From Saccostrea echinata (lineage: Eukaryota): DNA of 64,000 bases. Positions within the stretch are counted from its first letter, which is position 1; each line of letters begins with the position of its first letter. Location: the NCBI RefSeq assembly GCF_033153115.1, contig NW_026889803.1:65162001-65226000 (forward strand), written 5' to 3'. The position numbers were made by a program, and so were the translations under genes. This document shows, piece after piece, positions 12,401 to 25,652 of this stretch. The notes under the pieces were generated by a model. That model made no database searches and was not told the DNA's origin. It was given only the letters and a program-made list of their open reading frames with translations.

Positions 12401-15400
12401 ATGGACCTTACACAATTCCTTCCCGAGAAATTCAAGAAGATTCCTTGTCATATGGTAGTTTATCAAAACTGTTTGTTCGGATTGTCGTAATGTAATAAAT
12501 TATCTTAAGCAAGGAATTTAATTCCATATGTTAGCGTCAGAATTTCCTCAGTATATTTGCTATGTATCTCTACCTTGTATTGAAAGCACAATTTTCCTAT
12601 TTTGAATTCTGTTTGTGGCTTATGTTTACCGTTACATAGAAAATAATACCTACTCTTTTCCATATCACATCATGTATCAGCCCGAGACACCAATATCAGC
12701 CAGAGGGCCGAAGGTAATCTCAGCGAGATTCGTAGGGACTAAAAATTTTGGTCTGGTGTCCCTACGAATCTCAGAACAGTGTCACACAAACTGATTCGGG
12801 TATTCTTGCCCCGACTTCGACCGCTTGTTTCAATCAATACGGGCTGAAATGAATTAGCTGCCCGCTTCAACTTTTTCCTTTGGACATCCTTTTAAGTCTC
12901 TATCACTACAAAACTTTCGTTTCTTACCTTTAAAAGGTTTAAATCCAATAAAATATAAAGTTGTTGATTTTTCATAAGAATATCCTATTCGTTTAAAACT
13001 CTGATGCTGAAGAGTTCCAGCAGTAGTCTGCTTCTAATACTTCGTACTACTACTATTCCCTATAGAAATGAAACATAGTACAAAGTATTAGAAGCAGACT
13101 ATTGCTGGAACTCTTCAGCATCGGAGGTTTAAACGAATAGGATATTCTTATGAAAAATCAACAACTTTATATTTTATTGGATTTAACCCGAATCAGTTTG
13201 TGTGACACTGTTCTGAGATTCGTAGGGACACCAGACCAAAATTTTTAGTCCCTACGAATCTCGCTGAGATTAGGCCGAAGGATGTGATATGGAAAAAAGT
13301 ATGTTTTATTATGTTTACTACATACTTTGTAATAAAATACATCACAGATCTTCGTAAATAATATGTTGATGGTGCGTCTGTTAGGGCGAGCGAAGATACC
13401 TATGAGTATTCAGATTTAATTTTCATCCGTCTCTTCAAACCCCATGTGACATTTGGTATGTCGATCTAGAGTCTGAAGTCACATGACGTCATATGTGAGT
13501 TGTTTTACCAAATTGAAGCCTGAACAATGCTAGTTTTAATGAAGAAAGTTTAATCTACTTTTTTCTGCAATGTCCATTAAATCAAAGTGATTTCATTTTT
13601 TGTTGAACTTTTGTTGCTACCAGGAGAACATAGTTTGCGGCGAGATGCAATTCGCAAAGCATTATGGGACCACAGGTTACTGCGGAAAAAAATTCGTTTG
13701 GATCAGTGTGCAAAGTCCGATTTTCTCTTTGCCCAGGTGTTGCTTTAAGAGCTCGGTATAAATAATCACTGACAAGCTTATTGTCTGATCATATCAAAGA
13801 ACAGTAATTTAAAATGATGAGAATGTGATTGTAAAAAATAGGTGTATTATCACAAGAACAGGGGTCTAGAATTTTTTTTAAAGCCACTTGCCCATGGACA
13901 AGTACTGACTGGGAATCCACTTGCCCAGTTTCAAAATTCACTTGCCCCTATCATCAACTGTCCTTTTCCTTTTATTTTTGTCATAAATTTTGTCTTGTTC
14001 CTGCTCGCTCATTGTTTCTGAATCTGTTGATGTTTTTCCTTTATCTTTCTCACTGTCAGTATCTCTTTTGTTGGTCAATCCAAATTTAAACATACTTATT
14101 TTTCTAATTAATCTAACACAAGAAACAGAACTCGAAAACTGAAATCTAGAAAAAAATATAAACAACTGTTTATTTTGTTGCTTATTTTTTTCATTGTGAA
14201 TTCTTAATGTATATTGCTTGAAAGCAAGCACTATTTGTACTAGTTTATTATTTTGTTAAAATATCTATTGATTTCATCTCATATGTGGACAAAACATTTT
14301 TTTTCAAAACAGCGTTTCTGATTTTAAAGCCATTCCATAATTTTTAAATCTTTCCGGATTGGTTCTGATATTATACAAGCAACTGTACTACCGATGACAA
14401 GTCTCAGAGATTAAATAAATGAAATGTAGCAGCCTTGTGCAGATTTGATAGTTGGATGTTTTTTGTTATTAATTTATTTTAATATATTCGAAAATTTAAC
14501 TATCTCAGTCTGAAATTTATTATTTTCTCGTTCGTGTAAGTTTATCACGAAAACTATCTTTCCCAAGATGACATTTCACTTGCCCTGGGCAACGGGAAAG
14601 CGTAATTCTAGACCCCTGCAAGTACTGCTTTTAAAGGTTTAATCTACTAGGGGGTGTGATGTAAACCAATATCAGCCCTGCAAGATCTGTATTATCCTTG
14701 GAAGCTGATATGGCTATCGTGACATCAACCATATCACATCTTCAAAAAACCTGTATTTATTACTAAGTATTTACTAAGTAAATATTTATTGTTTTAATTT
14801 GTTTCAGGACTATGAAGGACAGAAACGTGCAGAACAATTATTTCAAGTCATTATTGTCTTGTTTGGGGTATGTTATGTATAGTATTACATTTAAAAATCA
14901 AAATAAAACAAGTATACTGATTAAAAAGTTTGGAAACAGTATTTGTATTACATTGTAGTAAATATTAATGCAATTTCTCACACTTTCCACATGTACGCAT
15001 TACACAAACATAGATCTCGTGTTGATATGTTATTGTTTTTTTTACTGATCCAGAAAACATTTGCGTACTTCAACCTTAATTTATTTTGCTTTTTTCCAAC
15101 GGAAAAAAAAATCCAATACTTTGTAGTTACAAACTAACTTAAATAATTATCTTAAACTGACCTTCTATCAATGTTACTATAGTATTTTGGGTATGGAAGT
15201 AACTAAACATAATTTGGGGTCTAGAAATGAATTTCAGTCATTGTGGTATTGTAGTTGAGAAGGAAAAAAGAGGTTGGTTGTTTTGCAGTTGATATAGAAC
15301 CTTTCTTTGTACAGGTTGTTGGATTTATATGGGGATATATCTGTCAGCAGTTCTCCCAAACAATGTACATCTTATTGGCCGGATTTGCTTTATCATGTAT

Positions 15401-16507
15401 CGTAAGTAGTAACCATCTTCCTCTTTGTAATGTAATATGGTACAAGTTATTTCGAATTTGTTTTATTAGGTATATTTAGTGTTAGACCTTTACGTCTGTC
15501 TTTCGATCAACATGTTTGGGAGGATTGATTTTTTTTTTTTTTTTTTTGCTTTTTGCTGGTAGACAAAGAACTTCACCAATAATAGCTCAGGTAAAAAGTA
15601 AAATAAACATAATAAAAAAAATAATAGAATGATAAAAAATTGTTTGGAAGTATCTATCTGTATGATTGTCTTGTTCATTATTTTCATTATTCAGCAAATA
15701 AGAGAGATAATTCTTGCTACACCATCACTGTTGTAGGGACATACAACATGTAATATGTAAGACAAATAAAAACATTGCTGTAAATTTGCATTTATGATAT
15801 ACATTATATTTTTTCAAAGGTAAAAAATATCCAAAAAGGTGGTGCACACTATATATGTACAAGTATAGGCCACATCAAATTTTCGTGATGTCTCGGTATA
15901 CTCGATATGTAACATTACTTTCATCATCTATACTCTTGTATATTTCTAACTTTATTTGAATTAAGTCAATTAAGAAAGATAAAAGGCTATTTTAATTTTT
16001 AGAAATACAAGGGCAATTTTGCATGTAAAACAGACAACAAGCAGAGAGTATGCAATTGAAAAATGTTAATCAGAATTGCAAACAATTTAACATTTTATAT
16101 TGTCATCAGGACAGACAAATTTGGTAGAGAATCAGTAGCTTTACAGGGTTACTGCCCTGTGGACACTGAGTTAAAATGCTAAGATGTGAACACTGGATAT
16201 ATTAAGATTAAAAGCTTCTATGATGTTGATGTCTCTTGAAAAGGGAAAATTTTGTTTTTTTTCTTTTCTTTTTTGGTAGTTGCTATTTTGTTGTTGTTGT
16301 TTTTTTGGGGGATGGGGGTTTCAATTTCTGTTTTTCAGAAAATTTTCTTTAATTTTTCATTTTTAGTTGACTTTACCTCCGTGGCCAATGTTTAGGAGAA
16401 AACCACTACAATGGCAGAAAGCACGACCAGAACCTGCAGAGGATTCTGGGAAGGATTCTACTTCCTCTTCCTCACAGAGTTCACAAAAATCAAAGAAAAA
16501 GAAGTAG
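12401..16507 (+). CDS. SPCS1: Signal peptidase complex subunit 1 (SPC12), ~113 aa, 4 exons
   Basis: Exons 12401-12454, 14808-14867, 15315-15401, 16367-16507 give MDLTQFLPEKFKKIPCHM-DYEGQKRAEQLFQVIIVLFG-VVGFIWGYICQQFSQTMYILLAGFALSCI-LTLPPWPMFRRKPLQW...KKKK*. The MDY.GQ..AE and PPWP motifs and two TM helices are typical of SPC12. Confidence 0.95.
12715..13272. mobile_element. Fold-back palindromic element with 9-bp TSD (AcademH- or MULE-like, non-autonomous)
   Basis: Perfect 87-bp terminal IR (12715-12801 / 13186-13272) plus a ~110-bp inner IR. TSD GGCCGAAGG at 12706-12714 and 13273-13281. TA...TA termini. Inserted in an older palindromic element (~12640-13310). Confidence 0.88.
13859..14618 (-). 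mobile_element. Internally deleted hAT-like transposon
   Basis: TIR caggggtctagaatt / aattctagacccctg with subterminal cacttgccc repeats. Imperfect 6-bp flanks caagaa/caagta. A short internal minus-strand ORF (MFKFGLT...YDKNKRKR) resembles the start of ZNF862-type hAT transposases. Confidence 0.7.
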
Positions 16508-17026
16508 AGATCAGAGTCCATTGCAGTGGGTGTTGTGGTGCTAAATGTATGTGGAGTGACTGATGAATTTCATATTCTGATAAATTTTTTTTAACCAAAC
16601 TCTACTTTGCAGCAACTCTCTTTCATAAAGACAAAATTCAACTTAAATAGAGCACTTAACAAGGGTCTGGATGTTAGCAAGGAACAAAAAGTGCAATATC
16701 ATTATATGTTCATTTTTTATGTATTGATCGGAGATGGTAATGTAAATAAAAAGAAAATATGTCACTCTTTTTTCTTTTATAATATTAACTACTTGCTGCA
16801 GCCTGCAGATTTTGTGAGCTTGCGTTGATCTTTTTTAAATAGTTGCAGGGGTCTTTAAAGGTTATTAAATTGTGACATCATGCACAGCTACCATATACTA
16901 TACATTAACTGTTGTGTTTTCTCTGCTCAAATGCATATCTTCCATTTTGAAAGTTAACACCAAGGTATTTTATCTCAACTTAATGTTATTTAAAAAATTA
17001 TGAATAAGTGATTTATCCAAAAATCA

Positions 17027-17330
17027 AACAAGAGGTCCATGGGCCCAAAGTTTATTGGAGTTACTTTGGCCCTCTGTTCTTCAGGAGAACATTTTTATAA
17101 GAATTTTTCCCTTTTCTTAGTAATGAAAAAATTTGCCCTGATATTGTGGCCCCATCCTGGCCCCAAGGGGTTATGATTTATTGAATTTGAATCCACACGA
17201 AATGGGGATGCTTTAATACCAGTTTGATTTACATGGGTTTGTTGTTCTGGGGAAGAAGATTATCAAAAGTTTTTTTCCCCTGAATTCATGCATTATGTAA
17301 AATTTGATCCCCGGTTTTAGCCCCAACAAT
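17027..17330 (+). mobile_element. Degenerate HINE/Cg170 fragment
   Basis: Terminus aacaagaggtccatgggccc followed by 1-2 decayed satellite monomers. Confidence 0.7.
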
Positions 17331-17890
17331 GCGTGAAAAACCACATGCAGGCACCTGACACATGGATTGTGTATAAGATGTATATCTTTCATACAGAGAA
17401 AGTTTAGATTTATTTATTATTATGAGGGAAACCATATATAGTTCTTTGAGGAAACTTACATCAGACTGTGAAGTTTTACTTTTTCAACTAAAAACTTAGT
17501 AACTACACGGTAATTATTTGCACTGTCAACATTTGTGCAGCAATGTCATAAATCCCTGGAATATCCTGCTTCTATTTATACCTTGTTTCTGTAAAACAAA
17601 ATAAGGTATGCCCTTGCGCTGAAGCTATTTTGTTAATGTTCCTTATAAACTTGTGTAGTAGAGAATGATGATGTCATAATATGATGTCAGAATGTGTACT
17701 GGCTATCACATGTCTTGGGTAACAAGTTTGTATTAGAAAACAAGATTTAACTTTTTCTGTACGATAGTATAGCCCTTATGCGTTTTAATTAGTTTTTTTT
17801 GCATAGAAACATCTATACTTAGCCTTAACTCATTTGCGTAGGATATAAGACAGAAAATGAATTACAAAAAAATTAAATACTGGTACTTGG

Positions 17891-17892
<2 letters not shown>

Positions 17893-17946
<54 letters not shown>

Positions 17947-18421
17947 TACATTTTCAACAGTGAAATACTGTGATTTATTTATTGAATAAAAGTGATATTC
18001 TCTCACAGTGTGAAAGAATACAAAAAATGATATTCTCTCACAGTGTGAAAGGATATCAAAGTAAGTAAAAAATAATTTCTGGCCTGTCATAAGATAGAGA
18101 TAGTAACTAAGTAACATGATAGAGCTAAAACTGCAAATTTCTTCCTAAATATGTTGCTAAAATCCATGCTATGTAATGTTTTCAGTCCGACACACAACTT
18201 CTAAGCTATGACGTCTCAACCTCTCAACTATGACGTCAAGCCTATGACACTGTGTTAAGAAAAGACAGAGGCAAAGGGAAAATCAAAGAAAATATAATAA
18301 ACAGAAAATTCAATGTTTTGTAGATGAATATGGAATTTATTTCACTCGTGAGACAGGATTTTTTGATATTTTCACTCGTGCTTCGCACTCATGAAAATTT
18401 CAAAAAATCCTGTCCCACTCG

Positions 18422-18485
<64 letters not shown>
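17893..18485. mobile_element. Non-autonomous element with terminal hairpin, inserted in a (TA)n microsatellite (Crypton-like)
   Basis: (TA)n at both ends (17893-17942, 18425-18485). Terminal palindrome ttcactcgtgagacaggattttt...aaaaatcctgtcccactcgtgaa and subterminal IR tttattacattttc / gaaaatatataataaa. The family assignment is inference. Confidence 0.6.
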
Positions 18486-18487
<2 letters not shown>

Positions 18488-18702
18488 GATATTGTTTAAC
18501 AATTGTGGTTCCTTTAGTTGTGCTGCACTGAAAGCAATGGGAGAGGGACTGGGAACAATTGTATTGTTTAATTGGCTACCTCCAGGTCAATTTTCAGTTG
18601 TCATATTGCAAGGATTATTTTTAAATTTAATGTACCCGATAGATATTTATATAATTTTTCATAGAATTTAAATTATTTATCAAAAGAAGAGAGATAACTC
18701 TA

Positions 18703-19160
18703 TTTAGCTCACCTGAGCTGAAAGCTCAAATGAGCTTTTTCTGATCACCCATTGTCTGGCATCCATTCACCTGTCTGTCCATCCATAAACTTTTCACATA
18801 TTTGACTTCTTCTCAAGCACTACTGGGGCCACAATAGTGGATGAGAGTTTGGCGTAGAAGTATATAAGAAAAACCTGTGTAAATTCTAAAATATTTAAAT
18901 CATGACCCCCCAGGATAGGGTGGGACCACAAAAAGGGATCAAATTTTTACTTTGAAATATAAAGGAAAAATCTTTTTCAAAATTATCCTTTCTTCAAGAA
19001 CCACTGAAGTAAATAAGGGCCAAAATCACATGACTACTACATCACGTTAAACTAAATAGAAAAAATCTATTAATAAATGAAACTTGTCTGAAAGCTTCCA
19101 GATATCATGTATATTGTTAATTGTTCATATCATGGACTCTGGGAGTAGGGTGGGGTCACA
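18703..19160 (-). mobile_element. Degenerate HINE/Cg170 element, reverse orientation
   Basis: ttagctcacctgagctgaaagctcaaatgagc is the reverse of the HINE terminal hairpin; decayed monomers follow. Confidence 0.75.
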
Positions 19161-19626
19161 TTTTATTGTTTAAAAGTATACCCCTGTCATCATCATACAG
19201 AAGAGTTTGCAATTTGTAATTGCAGTAATCATTCTGCAACAAATATAAAAGGGGGAAATACATGTAAATTTTATCTCTATGATTTCTAAAACAATATAAA
19301 AAAAAAAAGAATGGAAAGAAGAAAAAAAAAGGCATTATAAATAGAGTATTCAATACTATAACTATGTAATTTTTTTTCAGATAACTGGTGATTAACATCT
19401 AATCTGAATTGGTCCAAATTTGAGAAAATCCCAAGCTCTGTCAACAAAACTTTCTAGATTGTACCTCTTTTATTTGCACATTAACATTATAAAGTTACAA
19501 ACAAATGATGAACAATTTCATACAAAAAAGAAGTCATGCCGATTCTGTTAGACTAAACCTAGACACAGATATCTTCAATAAAATGGGAATGATTTCAGGA
19601 GTTTGCTAGGGGATGAGACAGAGTAA

Positions 19627-20056
19627 GGCCAAAATAAAATCTTTAGTTTCTCAGGCCAAAAATTTCTAAATTCAATGCTATATTATATTATTTATTTTTT
19701 TTACAGGTGTTCTCTCTTTTCTTATTGGTCAATCAACAAAATGATGATATCAACTGATTCTTACTTGTTTGTTCTTACATTAATTATAATATATACTCAA
19801 CCTTAAATAATATTATTCCAACCATTTGTATGAAATAAATTCATGAAATAATGATCAGCAATAAATATATTAAATAATCAAAACATAAATTTTGTCTATC
19901 ATTATGTATGAAAAGGGGAATAACTCAATTTTCTTTTTCAACTCGGAAAAAAAAATGAGCTATTTCCCTTTTCAATGTCAATAAAATTGATCAAAGCGAC
20001 AGTGTTTGATCTGATGTGGTGATGTCTGAGAAACTATATTGATTATTTTTTTGGCC
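19627..20056. mobile_element. Degenerate GGCCAAAA-TIR MITE
   Basis: ggccaaaataaaatctttagtttctcag / ctgagaaactatattgattattttttttggcc; same terminal style as 10204-11727. Confidence 0.55.
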
Positions 20057-20846
20057 TGTAGGGAAACCATTCATACATTGTTTTAAATACCTAGTACCTG
20101 TATTATGAAATGCTGAATATAATGAATAATGGATACATTTTTTTTTTTAGGTTTTCTTGCTTACTTCAATTTTACCACAGCATTTATATGATAATATACT
20201 GAACAATTTTTTCTCAGCATTAAATTGAATTTTAAAAGTTGACTAGTAAAGGAAAAAAGTTACAAATGATTAATATTCAAACACATAAACTATGAAATTG
20301 AACATACCATTTAAAAAAACTCTAATGACAATTAAGGTTCAACAAGGGATGAAAATGACAATGATGTATATGAAAAAAAAAATAAGGGGGGAAGGGGGAA
20401 GGAGCATTCGTATTCAACCAAAAAAAATCTTTCGGTGATCAAGGCATGGTTTTAAATCAGTGGTCTCTCCAAACACTGGACTAGTTTTTCTTGAGAAATT
20501 AAAAAAGCCCTAACACTAACCATCCAAAAGTTATGCCCAATGTTAAAGTTTGGTAGAGTTTTGCAAATCTGAGTCAAACTCCAAGGTCAAGAGATCAAAT
20601 ATGTTGATACCCAAAGAAAGGTTTTGTCACAAAGAATACACATGTGAAATATGAAAGCTCTAGCTCCAACCAATCAAAAGTTATTGGCAAGACAAACAGA
20701 GGGACAGACTAAAAACTAATTAAATTAAGGGGCATAAAAATGAAATTACCGTATACATTATAAATACCCGGTACCGGTATGTAATATTTTCCAAAAAGTG
20801 TGTTTGAATATTCTAGGCTAAATGGTAAAATGATTTCAGAAATATG

Positions 20847-21054
20847 TACTGTGGAATCATTTTAATATTCAATGGCAACCAAAATTTAAATGGTTCTTGG
20901 GGATGTAATTTCATGGGGAGCCAACTATAAACAAAGGATTCAATGAACCAACTTGCCGAGAGAGATCATTCATGGGGATGTAAATTCATTGGTAAGGTTG
21001 ACCCACAAAATCCATAAATATTGGTTTCCCAAGAACAATGATGATTCCACAGTA
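20847..21054. mobile_element. Tc1/mariner-type MITE
   Basis: ta-ctgtggaatcat...atgattccacag-ta with TA flanks. Confidence 0.7.
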
Positions 21055-22079
21055 ATTTTGTAGTAGGACTGTAGAGTTGGCTTCAGAGAATAAAACCTTG
21101 GGAGAGTTATCAAAAGCTTCCATCAGATCATATAGAGCAACCATTTTGAAATAAAAATATTTATAAATCAAAAATAAAAAACACATACATCTCTAAATTA
21201 TGCATAAAATCACAAATTAGCTCCCTATCTATATGTACCATATAATTTTGTTCAGAATGTAACACCTCACTAAAATTCAATCAAAATTTTGCATACAGAT
21301 TAAATGTCACAGAATCTAACAACAGTAAACTTTTTTTGTCATCTGTATTTCATTTTAATGTATCAGTAAAAAACTACAGAAAATTGACAAAAAGTACAAT
21401 AAGTAATCATATTCCAAAAGAATACATTTGTACTACCAGTCTTTCACCAAAAAACAATATGAATTGCATATTTTGTGCAACACTTGAACTTAAAGGGATT
21501 GATTTCATGAATTTGATTCTTTGAAGTTTAAGACTCCAAAAAACAAAAGCATATTTTAAAATATCTACAATATTTATGACTATTTAACATTTAGAATTAT
21601 GGATATATGTAGCATTCCAAACATTACTTTAATATACATTCACGTGTTGAACAAACATATATAAATACAAGTATATCCATTCACATAATCACTATATTGC
21701 ACCACTTAGATCAGTGTTTTTAAATCATGAATAATAATTACTTATTTTGTTAATACTAGCTTTATTTACTATAAATATACTTATCCCAACTCAATCATAC
21801 TTTGGGTTTCCTGAAAATAAAGAGAAAACTAAATTTAAGCACCCGTGGAAAACATGCAGTCATGCAAAATAAAAAGGTAAAAACAAATGAAAGATATAAA
21901 GAAAAACATCAGCTACTTTTTGCCAGAATAAAAGCAACTCCAATATGTATTTATAAACACTGAAAACTTAACAAATGAATATAAAAGTCTTTAAAAAACA
22001 AATCCAGACTAATCTACAAAAATTGGCTGGAAGACTTTCATGATTTACCTGTACTACATCAAAGTCTTAAAAGTGAAAA

Positions 22080-23650
22080 AACTTACAAAGCTCACCTGGA
22101 CAAATGTTATCTATAAGTCATCAAGTCTTACAATAAACAAATGTTTGGGTAGTGTGCATCTCTAGATACAACATCTGTACAAGTTTGGTCCAAGTAGGAT
22201 CTACAGATTGAACAGATTCTTGAAAATGGACCTGGGGTCCGTTTTACATTTAAGAACTTATGACTAAGACCAATAACTTTAGTTGATTGTAAAATCTTAC
22301 AAAACTTATGTTTCTGTTAAAATTTGAAAAAAAAATTGTTCTATATTCTTTTCAAGAAGACTAAAACCATTTTTAAAGCAATGTAAAAAGGAAAGTTATT
22401 TGCATAATAACATTTTGATCTTAGTTGTAAGTTCTTTTGTAAAACGGGAATTTAACTATTCAATCACCCCTGCATTCTAGGTCAGATTCAGCTTACAAAT
22501 CCTATCTGGTAGTGTGCTTCCTTAGTATAGTAATATAAATCAGTCACCATTATAAGACTTATAATGACTTTGGATTTGACCAGTTATTAACCTGTTCATT
22601 CACCTGGAAAATATAAGTCAGATTCCGCATCCTAAGTAGTGTGTAGCTTGTAGCATGTGCATCCCTAGATCCTTGCATCCAGTTTGGTCCAGGTAGGACT
22701 TACAGTTACTTGCAAATGACACTGCTCCAAAAACTTTAATCTGTTCACTTAACTAAACAATGTAGATAAGATCCAGCATTCCAAGCAAGTCTAGTAATAC
22801 ATGTACATGTATATATCCCTAGGTGCAACTTTGGTAGGGCTCACATTTATTTGTGGATGAACCTGCTCCAATTATTTTAACATGTTCATTCATCCAGAAA
22901 ATGTAGGTCAGATCCAGCATTCAAAGCCAATTTGGAAGTATCATGCATCCCTAGATGATATGATAAACATAGGTCTTATAGTTACAACATGGTTGTAGGA
23001 AAAGAGGGGCAATAAATTTGCCAATATATAGAACACTGTAGAAAATATGGCACTTTATGTCCATGCCCCCTTAATGATTATGTCTGCTTGTCAAGGATTC
23101 TGATTGGAAATGCCCCCTCCCCTCTGAATGTTTGGGTGCCCCCCCCCCCCCCCAAAAAAAAATTAAATTGCTTCCTATGGGCCTGTACAATGTACTTGTG
23201 GATGAGAACCTGCTCCAAAAAATTTAACCTGGTCATTTATCCAGAAAATGTAGGTCAGATCCAGCATCCAAAGTCAATCTGTTGTGGTGCATTTCTAGAT
23301 GCATCATCTATGCAAATTTGGTCACCATAGGGCTTATGGTTACTTGGATAAGAACCTGCTAAAAAATCAATCTAGTTCACTTAAATGAAAAGTAGGTCAG
23401 ATCCAGCATCTGGTCAGAAGCCAGTCTGGAAATGTGCATCATACATGCAAGTTTGGTTACCATAAGGTATATTAATTACTGTCTATGGAATGAAACCTGC
23501 TCTAGACATTCTAACCTGCTCCAAAAACTTTAACCTGATCTCTCATCCAGAAAGATTCTGCATCTGGAGCAACTGAGGTTGTTTTCATCTCATGATGCAT
23601 GATTTATGCAAGTTTGATTCAGGTAGGACTTAAGTTACTTGAGCTAAAAT
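22080..23650. repeat. Decayed ~140-146-bp tandem array (probable old HINE interior) interrupted by two MITEs
   Basis: The motif aacctgctccaaaaactttaacctg...gtaggtcagatccagcat...caagtttggtcc recurs at ~22722, 22863, 23210, 23356 and 23498. Insertions at ~22226-22447 and ~22985-23186. Confidence 0.65.
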
Positions 23651-23993
23651 AAGATTATCTGTTGTGGGGATAAACATGCATTGCTAAAACTCCTAAGAAT
23701 CTCATTGTGATTTATCTACATGTGAAGTTAATAAAGAGTAGATCATCCACAACTAATGTAAACATGTATATTTACCATTAATAGTCAGAGGTCTTGGGTA
23801 ATACTAAAGGTCATATGAAAATCAAAAGTATAAAGGTCTAGGGAAACCCTAAGGTGTTCAATGTTCTCAACCATGTAGATTTTATTACTTAGGCTCAAAG
23901 AAAGTAAACAGCATTTTGGAGATTAATGACATTTTGATGCCATGACTGACAAATCCAATGTTGGAGTAAACAGAAAAAATTTCAATTTACATA

Positions 23994-25058
23994 TACGAGG
24001 GTTGTCCGGTAAAATCGTGGACAAGTTGTCTAGATTGAAAAAATAATCATCACTGCGTTCGAAAACTTTCACTACTTTTTAGTACATTTTTCATCAACAT
24101 ACATAGCAAATTTCAAATAGATATCTGCTCAAATAAACAAAATATGAGACTTTATGTTATGTGTGGTATCGCCTTACGGCGCACGGATGATAACGTCAAA
24201 GTGTCTAAAGCAGCGTCACGTTCCTTCTTTGCTAAATGAAAGTTAGATAATCCCCACTTAAATTTGGGGATTTTGATTTTCCCTTTATTCCTCCATAAAC
24301 AGTCGAGGAACCAATCTCGCACACACATGCATGGGAACTTCTGAAGATTTATTAGTAAGTTATGGACAGTACTCTCACTATCATTCAACTAAATAGGCTA
24401 TCTTATATCGACAATCTATAGTGACAGCGTCTTTTGCTATTGCTAGTAGCTGTTTGTCCGTATGTTTTGTTCTACCCGGGAACCCAATCAAAAAGCTTCC
24501 GCTTAGAAAACTCCCATTTCACTTGTATACTAAAGATCTAGTGATTTTTTTAAATATTTTTTTTCCTCCTGTAGTCATTTAAAGTTTCTTAGGGCATCAT
24601 TACTACATCTAAATCAAACTGAACTGCTCTCCGGTGTGCCATAATGTCACCAAACATCACCATTTTTTGTGTGTTGCGTATACCACTTTCCCATTTCAAA
24701 TGCTCGGGAAACTGCCAAAAATTAAGCAAATGCCTTGATATTTACAAAAGACGAAATAATAGATAGTGGATAAAAAATAGGATAATTTTTACCCCAACCT
24801 TATCTATTAAATACTTTCATTTCGAAATAATACTTGTATATTTGCTAATGAAACCCTGGTTTTTTGATCGTGCGCCGTTGGACCGTACCCTGTGCACATT
24901 CAAGTTTAATAAAATCTTTATTTTTGTCTATATTTTATCAAAAAATTAAGATGCACATAAATATGATGAATAAACATTTTCTGAAAATTTCAGCTTAGTG
25001 CACCCATTATTCTCCGAGAAAAACGCTTTGTCCACGATTTTACCGGACAACCCTCGTA
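23994..25058. mobile_element. Mariner-type non-autonomous element
   Basis: Perfect ~31-bp TIR tacgagggttgtccggtaaaatcgtggacaa / ttgtccacgattttaccggacaaccctcgta with TA TSD; no intact transposase. Confidence 0.88.
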
Positions 25059-25652
25059 TATATTTATTTTTATCTATGTAACACCTCCCCCATACCCCCC
25101 CCCCCCCCTCCTTGTCTTCCAAGCAGACTCTTGTAATATTCATTGTGGGTTGTCTTTTTTGCATATTTAAAAAAAAATATTTATGAAAATCACATAATAT
25201 AATCCACAACAGAAAAAGAACATGTACATGCAGTTACACTGCATTATCTCGAACTCAATGGAACTGAGATTCGAGATATCCAAGAAATTGAGGTTAAAAA
25301 TGCATCATCAGATCTTTACAACCTGACCAACATCCAAGCTCTAAATGTTTTTGCTAGCTTTATGAAGTGACAATGTTTTAGGGAACTTTGCTCCAAGACA
25401 TGGGTAAAAGTTTATAGGAATGTGAAATACAGGTATGGGTTTATAAATACATCTATTCTAAGAAATTCTAAAATAAAAACTACATTCATAGGAAACTCAT
25501 TGAGTAATAGACTGTTACTACTATCTGCAGTTGTATAATCCATAAATTCTTGTATCATCAAAAAAAAAAAACCCTTGTACAATTTTTACCATGTCCTTTG
25601 CATCATATTATTTCTTTCAGTGACACAATTTTAGAGCATAAATTGTGAAGAA

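Noticed and set aside
12275-12466. 63-aa minus-strand ORF upstream of XRN1
   Set aside because: It is antisense to SPCS1 exon 1 and the promoter and has no recognisable motif.
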